From NCBI RefSeq assembly GCF_015706575.1, contig NW_024037073.1:19958740-20022739 (forward strand): DNA of 64,000 nt, written 5' to 3'. The position numbers were made by a program, and so were the translations under genes. The notes beneath the pieces were generated by a model. The model was given only the letters and a program-made list of their open reading frames with translations, was not told the origin of the DNA and did not search any database. Origin of the DNA: Patiria miniata (lineage: Eukaryota). Positions 49,836 to 59,989 of this stretch are shown here, piece after piece; the stretch's first letter is position 1, and the number at the start of each line of letters is the position of its first letter.

Positions 49836-50267
49836 ATGCAGTTGGCAGGCAAGACCGTTACCCGGGCCATCAAGAACGAGGAACTGACGGCCATCCTGAG
49901 GCGTCAGCAACAACTCCTGGCCAGCCAGAGCCAAAAGAGCCAAAAGACCACCACCACGGCCATCACCACCCTGCCCCTCACCACGGTGGCCGGACTCAAG
50001 GGTATCACCCTCAGCGGGCTGACAGTCAGCACTGCTGCAGCAACGGCGGGAGCACCCAAGGGTCTCACCCAGGCCCAGGCGCAGGCCCAGGCCCAGGGGG
50101 CCGGGGGAGCTCAACAACAGCAGCAGCAGCAACAAGCTCAGCAGCAGCAAGGCAACATCCCCATGAAGCCCCCGACTCTCCCTGGCATGGTGGCCAGGCC
50201 CAAGATCAACTTCACCCAGATACAGCAGATGCAGAAGGGTCAGCACCAGACCAAGCAGCAACAACTG
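49836..50267 (+). CDS. SRCAP/EP400-like: EP400-type exon (MQLAGKTVTRAIKNEELTAILRRQQQLLASQ… with a polyQ/AQ run)
   Basis: ORF 49836-50381. Acceptor tcccttag|. Donor CTG|GTGGGT. Confidence 0.75.
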
Positions 50268-50385
50268 GTGGGTGGCTTTCGCCTCGTTATGTGTATGGGC
50301 AGGGGCTGGGGATTGTCATGTCAAGTCAGTCATGTTCAATATTTGGTTTTACCCAAATACTGTAGTGTCCCGAGTGATTGAGAGA

Positions 50386-50472
50386 AAAATCACTCGGGTG
50401 GGACTCGAACCCACGACCTGCTTTCTAGTGCAGAAGTCTTACCGCTCAACTACCGAGCTTGCCGGGTCGGCT
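50386..50472 (-). mobile_element. tRNA-like element / tRNA-derived SINE head
   Basis: On the minus strand: T-arm GTGGG-TTCGAGT-CCCAC, acceptor 3' strand CCGAGTG, a discriminator, then a TTTTT pol III terminator, with a 10-bp hairpin (CCCGAGTGAT…ATCACTCGGG) immediately 3'. The D and anticodon arms do not fold canonically. Confidence 0.4.
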
Positions 50473-50683
50473 GACTCCAGATTTATGAACGGAAATGTTT
50501 AGAGCCTGACGAAATTTTACTTACTGTGAAATTCAAGGTAAAACTTTGCTCTAGCAAGCTACTAGAGGCGAAAAATCAAAGTGTGCCACGTTAGCGGCCG
50601 CGCCACGTTAGGGTACATCGACAAGACTACAGCAACATGGCAGTTCTAACAACAAGTGTTTGTTTGTTTTGCCCTTACCCCAG

Positions 50684-50854
50684 CTGACAATCAAAACCCA
50701 GCAACTGTTGGCTCAACAGCAGAAGATGCAGACAGGCAACACCGTAGTCAGCCAGACCCAGCAGCAAGGAGCCTCGGGGACCATCAGCCAAGCCCAGATC
50801 AGGATCAGCTCCCCGTCGGTATCAGTCGCCGTCACTGGCTCGCTGGCTAGTCAG
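50684..50854 (+). CDS. SRCAP/EP400-like: EP400-type exon (LTIKTQQLLAQQQKMQTGNTVVSQTQQQGASGTISQAQIRISSPSVSVAVTGSLASQ)
   Basis: ORF 50660-50890 frame. Acceptor ccttaccccag|. Donor CAG|GTATGG. Confidence 0.75.
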
Positions 50855-50884
50855 GTATGGACTGTGGATCTCGTCCACTTGTGT

Positions 50885-51330
50885 TACTGACAGGTGCAGC
50901 AGGGTTCCCGACCACTCTGGAAATAAGGAGAAGCCTTGAAAATGAGTTTCCAGTCAGGAAAACTCAGCAAATTTGGAAAACCACCAAAAAACTGGGGAAA
51001 ACTCAGGGAATTTGATAGTGACCCAGAAGGAAAAGGTGTTCGCCAGTTGGGTGTGTGTGCGTCTTGGGCGGTGTGTTCAAGCTGTGTCCATTGACCAACT
51101 CGGAATATAGCTATAAGGGGAGAAGGGAGGCCATCGCTTGTCAACAAGTTGCCTGTGTGCTATCAGTATCTTAGTTGCTTTGCTGCAACCGCCTCTTGAT
51201 TTTCCAGCAACCGTGTTAAAGCAAAAATATTTCTCATGGAATTTTGAAAATTTCTCAGGGAAATATCAGTGAAAAACCTGATATCATGTTTTTATAAAGT
51301 GCTGGGAACCCTGAACAGGGCCTCATTTCT
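50885..51330. mobile_element. MITE-like element with TIR CAGGGTTCCC…GGGAACCCTG
   Basis: Terminal inverted repeat seen at both ends. Lies in the D13-D14 intron. Confidence 0.4.
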
Positions 51331-51499
51331 CTTAGAGCTGCTAAGTAGATAGTACGAGTGTTAATTGTAAATTTTACAGAAGTTTACGGTCATTTAACCC
51401 TAACCTCACCTAAAGCTACAAAATACTGTAGTAACCTGTAATATGCATTTCTGCCAATACAAGTGTGAGCAACACATGTAGTATTCTGTTTTTTCAATT

Positions 51500-51640
51500 C
51501 AGGCATGCAACTTTTCCTCGGATCAGCTGATTTCCTCTTTTTTTTACTTCCCATGTGTGCCATTGAAAATAGAAAAAAACTACAAAGTCTGGGGAAAATT
51601 TGAATTTCCTCTTTTTTTGTGATTTCCCAGTTGCATGCCT
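51500..51640. mobile_element. MITE family E copy
   Basis: See 11298-11440. Confidence 0.6.
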
Positions 51641-52018
51641 GTCAATTACTGCCCCCAATTAACCAAATTTAGTTAGTTCACATTTTGTTGCAATCAGTTA
51701 CACATCCATGAACGGGTGCAAGCCAGCTAGTCAGGTTCCCAGACCTGACAATGCCCCGACGACTATAAATTGCTCCATTTCGTCTGGAGTGGCCAGGGAA
51801 CCAGACCACAAGAAGAGCACTTTTTCCCTGTTTTTTTTCCAGCGTATATGAACACAAACATTTCAACAGTTCACGGTAACAATATCTGCTATAAAATACT
51901 AACCTCAAAATCCGTCCCATTTCTGAAAATTACAGCAACAGCAAATGTTGTATATTACCTTTAAATATTAAATCAGCGATTCTTCAAAGATGTACCAAAA
52001 TGTCTATTTATGACACAG

Positions 52019-52165
52019 GTTGTGCAGACAACAAGCAGCCAGCGGCAACGTCTCTCACAGCAGGTCAGCACGTTGACCCCGCAGCAACTACAGCAGGTCA
52101 GAGTTCAAAGGGTCACGACCTCCCAGGCTCAGGGCAGCCCTGCGGTAGTGCAGCGAGTAGGCCAG
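52019..52165 (+). CDS. SRCAP/EP400-like: EP400-type exon (VVQTTSSQRQRLSQQVSTLTPQQLQQVRVQRVTTSQAQGSPAVVQRVGQ)
   Basis: ORF 52010-52213 frame. Acceptor gacacag|. Donor CAG|GTGAGG. Confidence 0.75.
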
Positions 52166-53310
52166 GTGAGGATTAGAAGTGTTAATGTTAACATGATGTT
52201 GAATGTCATTTAGGAACTGCACTTTCACATTAAAATGGGCCATACCCCCAAAAAGCATGTGCTACAATCCCGGCCAAAATGGTTGGGACACTTCCTGAGC
52301 CTGCCACGGTCACTCGCTCCCCTGCTCCCCCGGTCAATGTTGTTCTCTCCAGCTGATGGAGCACACACCGCGCAATGAGAGACATCATTGAACGGGGGCT
52401 GGGGGGTTGGGGGCCCAGCGAGATTTGGCCAGGATTGTAGATGGAACAACAAGCGTCTTGATTTTGCTGTTGTTTATTATTTGTAGGATATATATATACA
52501 GGATTTGTTGCTGTGATGTTGGGATTTGTGTCTCCCTGCAAGATATTTTTCTGCAATTGCTACCCTCTTGAAAGGGCCCTATGAGGCCAAATTTCACTTA
52601 GAATATTAAAAACAGATGTCTAAATCTGTGGGTTTTCCTTGCAGCTTTACATAATTTTTTTTCAAGTTGACTCAAAGGTACATTATGGCCTGTAATACGC
52701 CCAATTGGGCTACAAAAAGTGTTTTAAACGAATTGACATTAAATAGAAATAGCATTTAAAATAAGAATATAAACGTCCACACAACCATCTTTTGACAATG
52801 AATTTAGGGGGTTACAATTTTGTCCCTGAAAAAAAGCGATATATGCTAGTTGTGAATCCAGCTGCACAGTGATTCGCACCCTGCGGATGTGTTAGAAACA
52901 TCATTTGTGTATTGGTGCTGTGTGTATTATGTGCCACACACACACAACGTGTATGCTCATTGAATAGACACGACTTGAAATACAAATGGGTATGCCACAC
53001 AATGTCTGTCGCGTCCGATGTAAACAACCAGGATTTTTTCTTTTCTTGGGAATGGTAATACATTCGGTTGGTTTCTTTTCAACCAGACCATTGAAATAGT
53101 ATAAGAAAACAATCCAAAATAAGAAATTTTGGGGGATTTCAGGCTGTGATGCCCCGTTAACAGTGTCTGTAACTGCTGACAAAAGTAATCCACAGTTGTC
53201 ATTAAATTGATGCTGAAAAAGAGATGAAAAAGAGCGGAATTTTGTTTCTGAGGTGTTGTGCTCGAACAACATTTCTATATCAGTGGGATGTTTTATATTA
53301 CTTTCTACAG

Positions 53311-54447
53311 GTCCAGCAGTTGGGCACAGTTCGACAGCAGCTGCAGCAGCAAGTCAAGCAATCAGGGACAGGAGCTGGGGCCACGCTGTCCATCCAACAG
53401 GCCGGCAAACCGGTCACTATCATCCCGACGGTCTCAGGCAACTCGCTGCTGACCGTGGCAAAAACTATGGGTGGCCTGCCCCAAACCCTACCCATGACTG
53501 CCTCCACGAAACAGATCCTGACACAACTGATGGCAGGTGGAGGGACGCAGAACATGGCACAGCTGGCCCGGGTGATCTCCCAGGCGCAAGCCCTGGCGCA
53601 GAAGGGATCACAGAGCAGCGGCTTACAGCCTCAACAGACGGTGACTGTGCAGAGCGTTCCAGGCACTCAGCCGTCCAGGGGACAGGGCCAGGCGAGCACT
53701 AGTGGAGCGGCATCAGTTCAGGTTGCCAGCTCGAGTCAGGTGACGGCGTCCATACAACCCCAGGGGACCATACAGTCAGGATCGCCGGTGCAGGTCACCC
53801 TGAGTGCCCAAACGACCAAAGCGCTGTCACTGTCACCGGCGGAACGGCAGGCTGCGCTGAAATCGGCAGCACACCGCCTGGTGCAGCAGGCCCAGACACC
53901 GCAGGCTCAGATAAAGCAGACGGGAACGGTCCAGGCGCGGCTGCAAGCAACAGCTGCCGCGCATCAGCAACTGCAACAGCAGCAGCAGCAGCAGAAGCTG
54001 CAAGTCCAGCAGCAACTTCAGAAAGCGCAGGCCCAACAACAGCAGCAGCAGCAGCAACAGCAGCAACAACAACAGCAACAAGCACTTCAGAGCCTGACGT
54101 CTCAGTCCCAGACCCCAACCCAGGCCAAACTTGAGCCACAGATTGAAGCCAAGCCACAGTCGCAGTCTGTACCACAGCCCCAGCCGCAGCCCCAAGCTAC
54201 TCCACCAGTTAGGGAACAAGCCCCAGTAGTGGTAAAAACCGAGTCACCAACTGTTGCCCTGCCCACAGCCACAGCCACAGCCACAGCCGTCAAAAAACCT
54301 GATACGCATCCACCTGCCTCATCACCTGAGCCTCAACAGCAAGCAGCACAGTCTAAACAACAGCAGCCACCCACCACGGCAGCACCAGTCAGGGCCTCTC
54401 CATATGCAATGAGATTACGCAAACCTTCCAATCCATCAAAGGAGTAA
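53311..54447 (+). CDS. SRCAP/EP400-like: EP400-type terminal exon: Q-rich, uninterrupted run of about 20 Q, ends …RASPYAMRLRKPSNPSKE then a stop
   Basis: ORF 53224-54447 (407 aa). Acceptor ctttctacag|. PolyQ as in the EP400 / Domino-A C-terminus. Confidence 0.8.
   Translation, partial: VQQLGTVRQQLQQQVKQSGTGAGATLSIQQAGKPVTIIPTVSGNSLLTVAKTMGGLPQTLPMTASTKQILTQLMAGGGTQNMAQLARVISQAQALAQKGSQSSGLQPQQTVTVQSVPGTQPSRGQGQASTSGAASVQVASSSQVTASIQPQGTIQSGSPVQVTLSAQTTKALSLSPAERQAALKSAAHRLVQQAQTPQAQIKQTGTVQARLQATAAAHQQLQQQQQQQKLQVQQQLQKAQAQQQQQQQQQQQQQQQQALQSLTSQSQTPTQAKLEPQIEAKPQSQSVPQPQPQPQATPPVREQAPVVVKTESPTVALPTATATATAVKKPDTHPPASSPEPQQQAAQSKQQQPPTTAAPVRASPYAMRLRKPSNPSKE
54030..54085 (+). repeat. mixed CAG/CAA array encoding the polyQ run in the EP400-type terminal exon
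   Basis: CAACAACAGCAGCAGCAGCAGCAACAGCAGCAACAACAACAGCAACAA. Confidence 0.9.
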
Positions 54448-54880
54448 ATGTGACAGTATAGTGGGTGGTGCAAAAAGAAGGAAACCCATTTTTGACAGCA
54501 ATTTCACCTACTCGTTGAGCATATTTCGAAAATTCAATTTAATGGTATTAACATGTTGATCTTTAAGCATAAGTGACGAAAAAAAATGATTGCAAATGCA
54601 CATTTTGTCTCTGAGATATGGTAGTTAAAAAATTTCATGTGCTACACCTGTTTGTCCATGGACGGCTTTATTCTATCAGCTTGACTGAGCTCCCGAGCTT
54701 GATTTGAAGACAAGAAACACTGCACTAGACTTACACGTGGACAACAGTGATTTTGGTGACTTGTATTCAAATTAACATAATAACACTATTCTTGCAAGTT
54801 TTTTTAAAGATTTTTTTAACTCTGTATGGTTGGAGAGCTGTACCTCACTACAAAATACAAAAACATTTCAAATAAAATTC

Positions 54881-54886
54881 CTGTCA
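54881..54886 (+). promoter_or_regulatory. candidate poly(A) signal AATAAA for the EP400-type isoform
   Basis: About 435 nt after the stop at 54447. It immediately precedes the tandem-repeat block. Confidence 0.4.
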
Positions 54887-54974
54887 AAAGTGGGTTTCCT
54901 TCTTTTAGCACCACCCTGTAGTGTTCACATGTAACCACAACCTTTACAAGAACAACTGTCAATGTTCATTTACC

Positions 54975-55360
54975 TGTGTAAAGAAACCAAAATATGTGTA
55001 AAGAAACCCTAAAACATGTGTAAAGAAACCCTAAAAAACATGTGTAAAGAAACCCTAAAACATGTGTAAAGAAACCCTAAAACATGTGTAAAGAAACCAA
55101 AACATGTGTAAAGAAACCCTAAAACATGTGTAAAGAAACCAAAACATGTGTAAAGAAACCCTAAAACATGTGTAAAGAAACCAAAACATGTGTAAAGAAA
55201 CCCTAAAACATGTGTAAAGAAACCAAAACATGTGTAAAGAAACCAAAACATGTGTAAAGAAACCCTAAAACATGTGTAAAGAAACCCTAAAACATGTGTA
55301 AAGAAACCAAAACATGTGTAAAGAAACCCTAAAACATGTGTAAAGAAACCCTAAAACATG
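54975..55360. repeat. tandem repeat with about 20-22-bp unit CATGTGTAAAGAAACC(CTAAAA), about 17 copies
   Basis: Directly visible. The ORFs 55009-55251(-) and 55055-55246(-) are artefacts of it. Confidence 0.9.
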
Positions 55361-58300
55361 GAGGGAACAGTTAATATGCAGCCACATTCTGAACCCTTAA
55401 AGCAATAGCAGTCAATAATCGGATCTTACCAGTACACTTGCATGTAAAGATGGTGACTGGTTCACGTCCGTCATTATCCAACATCTCAACCCAGTCCCCA
55501 ATGACAACAAAAAGGCAGGGATCAGTCCCAATTTCACGGCACTGCTAAGCTCACAATTTTCTTCTAACAGAGCTTGCATCTATTTCACAAAGCAAAGACG
55601 TTGAGCAGTAATCACAGCAAAAGACCTGCTGATCTCAAAGGAAAACAGTTGCTTAAATTAGTGATGTAACAATAAGAATCCCCATGCGTTTGCAACCGTT
55701 AGCACATCCACGCTGTGAAATAGTGCTTAAAAGGTTAACACAATTTTCTGTTATAAATAACACAATTTTGGCCCAAGAGCGTATCTGCTTGCAGTGAATC
55801 TGAAAACCTTTCACATGGTGGAAATGTCAAGTTTTAGGAAATTGCCTTTAAATGTTGTGTTTCTACATTCACTATCGAAGTGATTACGTGTGATCTGCCA
55901 AAACTGGTCGTTGGCACAGCAAAGCCAATGCAAACACGACCACAACTCACTACGAACTTATGTATTTTTGGAGAATATTTATGTTTTTTTTTTTTAGAAA
56001 ATTGGGAACAAATCTACAGGTGTGACTTTTATTTGTATGATTACAGTCCGTAGCGAAACAGTTGACCATCGTGAGGTAGCATTTGTTGTCAAATTTTTCG
56101 AACGATTTACTCTGCTTGGAATACACGTGCAGTACCAGTGACTCGATGACTGGATCCGTTGCCATGTGTGTGGCATGACCCGTCGCTAGGATAAGTCCAG
56201 TGACTTCGCTTGCTATTACGTAACACTTCAATAGTGAATTACAGCCATTAAAAAGTGTTATCTTTTTCAACTGGTAACTTTTATGGGGAGGTTGTTATTA
56301 AAAAAAAATAAAAGTGGAATCGGTTTCGAAATGATTTCGGTCCCAGCCCTCATGAGAAACAAACAACTTGCAAGAGAAACATTTCTACATAAGTGGGTTT
56401 TTTTTTATTATCCTTTCACATTATGTCTTTAAAGTATCCATGTTAAAAAAAATTAATCATGAGACCTCTTGCACTTTGAACCTCAGTACCTCAACCTCAA
56501 AGCCTGAACCTCGGCGAGGTTCTGAGGTTAAAATGAAGCCACAAAATCACATCATACCTCAAAGTGCCGTGAGCAGACTTTATGACATGGATTTTGATTG
56601 CAAAGAAATACAATTCTCACCTCGTCTGGAAAAACCAAGTGGGAATGTCTGAGGTTCACAATTTCGCACAAGAAAAAGACAGAACAAAAAACGGTTACAA
56701 TTCCACACAGGACTTTACTTGTGTGTGTAATTCATTGCAAAACTTGCTGACTTAAGTAACTGTGAGCAGGTTGATGACTGAAGCTTTTGGCTTGCAAGTT
56801 GCCACCAAGACAACATGATAATTTGATTGAGCAACCGTTTTGCTTAATTAATTGCCCTCTAAATCTCTTGATTGCACGTGATGAATGTTTTCTATTCTTT
56901 TCTTTTCTTGGGATGTTGTTCACTGGTGTTTTTTTTTACGTCCTTTCTTTAGTTAGATGATTTGTGTCGCGTGGCAGACTAATTTTGTTTTCTAAATTAT
57001 TTGGGTATTAAAGTTGAGTGTTTGCTTTTAAATTGTGTTAGGGATTTACAGGGAATAACATTTATGCAGACAGAAAACGTGTTGCCAAAAGTAGTGATTG
57101 AATTGTTTCTGGAAATGAATTGCTTGACATATGTTGCATTACCTCACCGTATAATGAAAAAGAGGATTATGTATTTATTCATAAACCAATGATGATAGCA
57201 TTTTTCCTAAATGAGAAGGGAAGAATGTAAAATAAAATGAGCATTAACTTGTGGTTGAACCCGGAGGTATTGAGATAAACATCGAGTTTCTGCCTGTTAA
57301 ATTTTGCATTTTCTCATATGAATCGAATACATTTGCTCAAGCCTCAAATAATATGTTGAATTGGTTATAATATCACCAATATTGACGAATGGTTTGCCAG
57401 GCTGAGCCATATAGACCTTTCACGTTGCAGGTGCCACAGAGGGTGTTCTTTGTAATTTTTAATTTATAAAAATGGATGCACAAAAGGTTTACTCGCGCCT
57501 ATCGTAGCGATGCAAACCATGGCCTTGTGACTCTGCCTTAACGTCTATCGGTCTATGGTTTGAGTATAACATTGAGGATAGACTGATTGCATTAGCAGAC
57601 ATCTTTGGGGTGTGTTTTGTTACGTTAATTTATTAAAGGTAGAGTATATCATTCGTCATTTGTGGATTTTTTCTATTTCAACCGTCAAAAGTGTTCAAAA
57701 TCTAAAGATGGTTGCTTAACGAATGTGATGAAGTTTTAGCTCAGTGAATGCTGTGTATTCCGAGAAAACAATATTCTAGGATCTCGATTTTCAATTCAAA
57801 AGTTGCCAAGTCATGTTTTGAATCACATCTAAAGTCAGCGTCCAGGAGGCATTCTCATTCAGCCAATTGCAGCTCCGCTGAATTAAAAACAACCTACTAA
57901 CTGAAATTTCCAAAAATGCATCTTTGGACGTCTTTGGAAATGACCACATTTGATTGTTTTCTACAAAATGACAGCATGCCAAAGTGAATAATTTTTACAG
58001 AGAGTTTACTGGTTTAGTGTCATTACTATCTTTAAACCGAGTATGATTTTCAACAATAATTTTGTCAGTTACTTTGGTGGATAGCTGCAAATGATATACT
58101 CTACCTTTAACCATAAATGCATCAGAGGTCTACTCATGGGTATCCCCATTGAACAAATAAGCACACTTCTCAAAGGTGGCTGTGGTGCTGTTAAATTTGT
58201 TTCCTCGAAGTTCTTTCAACTATTCATCAGTGTATTGTCCAAATCTTTTGCTTTTACATTGGGCTTCACTGCAGAGGTTTTTTTTTCCCTTTAAGTTTAG

Positions 58301-58684
58301 GCACCTCTAAACTTCAGTATTAGAGGCGGGTCCAGAATGTCAGAGGGAAGGGGATGCAATATAGGTGGACAGGGGAGGTTGGGGGGATTGGACTCAACCT
58401 GTGGAAGTAGTATAGTGGAATCTTGATAAATCAAACCTCAAGGGAACAGGTTCAAAATGTGACTTCAGCAGAGTTTTGAGTTAAGCAGGGTTGTATATCA
58501 TCGTTATACTACTGAAGGGAATGGATTCTTTATTTGACTAAACAGCTGTTTTGAGTTATCAGATTTCACTGTAAACGTCACATGTGGTTAATGATGTACT
58601 TGGCTGACTTAAATTTGCAAGGTTTGCCATGTAGTGACTATATATACTTGTATATTTAGGTTTGAAATAAGTTCTGTTGTCATT

Positions 58685-58835
58685 GAACATGTAGTTGAGT
58701 CCATCACAAGTCCAGGCACAAGTAACAGTGGATGAACGATAACAAAGAAATGCCCTTTGTCAAAGCTCATGTGAATAGCTTGTGAGTTATATTGGGACTG
58801 GAGGACTTGTGATGGACTTGCAGGGACTTGACTAA
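58685..58835. mobile_element. family D copy
   Basis: Shared core and GACTTGTGATGG arms. Confidence 0.5.
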
Positions 58836-59394
58836 ATCACTGATTTGAACCATGGGAATGGAGGCACGGATGTGGTTCAAGTCGTTACCCTGCCTGCCTG
58901 ACACAACATTTTTGCATTCATACAGGGATTCAGACAAACATACCACTTACAGCAAGCGCTGTTGAGCCCATGTAACCTGTTTTAGGAAGTCTTAAAATGG
59001 AGGGAACCCCCCCCCCCCCAGCCTGCCCTGTCTCCACCCCCTTAAATTATCTACAGCATGTACATCTTGTAAAAAATGTATTTAACATAAAGGGAGTGGG
59101 TCTGTAGAAAGGAGTGGATTAGTTTCACATCGGTCCCATCAGTCTTAGAGTTAATGCATTACGTATCTTCTTTGTATCATAAACTCTGTAGGTATGTAAA
59201 GACTGCAAAAATATGCATTTAAATAAAAGTAATATTCCTCAAAGTACTTGTTTTCTCAATAAATTCTTTCTAATCACGATGTGCTGTGTTATCCAGTCCT
59301 GTTTTTTGTTGGTCCCAGAGGGCCAGCCTAGTGTTCTCTTTGCACCTGTTGACTGACTCCCCCCCCCCCCCCCGACCCCCTGAGGCTGGCTGGC

Positions 59395-59860
59395 TGGCTC
59401 TCAGTGGCTTGCTGGCTGGCTCCCCCTGACTGAGTGACAATGACTGACTGACACTTACTGACTGACACTCACTCACTGACTGACACTGACACTCCCTGAC
59501 TGACACTGACCCTCCCTGACTCTGACACTCCCTGACTGACACTGACACTCACTGACTGACACTGACACTCACTGACTGACATTGACACTGACTGACTGCC
59601 TCCCCCTCACTGATTGACACTGACACTCCCCGACTGACATTGACACTCACTGACTGACACTGACACTCACTGACTGACACTCACTGACTGACACTCCCTC
59701 CCCGACACTGACACTCACTGACTGACATTGACACTCCCTGACTGACACTGACACTCACTGACTGACACTGACTAATACTGACACTCACTGACTGACTGAC
59801 ACTGACACTCACTGACTAACACTGACACTCACTGACTGACACTGACTGACAATCGGGGGG
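59395..59860. repeat. minisatellite (CTGACTGACACTGACACTCA)n flanked by C-runs
   Basis: Directly visible. Confidence 0.9.
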
Positions 59861-59989
59861 TTATGTAGAACATGTACACTGACGGTGACTGACAAACTGA
59901 CTCGCTCCCCGACTCACTTGCGCCTTGGCAAGGGTTTTGGCTGCGGAAGAGTGCCGGGCAGTGCTATGTATAGGATAACTCCATAATGG

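Noticed and set aside
53833-54219. Poly-Leu minus-strand ORFs (128 aa and 126 aa)
   Set aside because: They are the antisense of the CAG/CAA polyQ-coding terminal exon (CTG/TTG).
55009-55251. 80-aa and 63-aa minus ORFs with FLYTCFGFFTHVLG repeats
   Set aside because: An artefact of the 22-bp tandem repeat.
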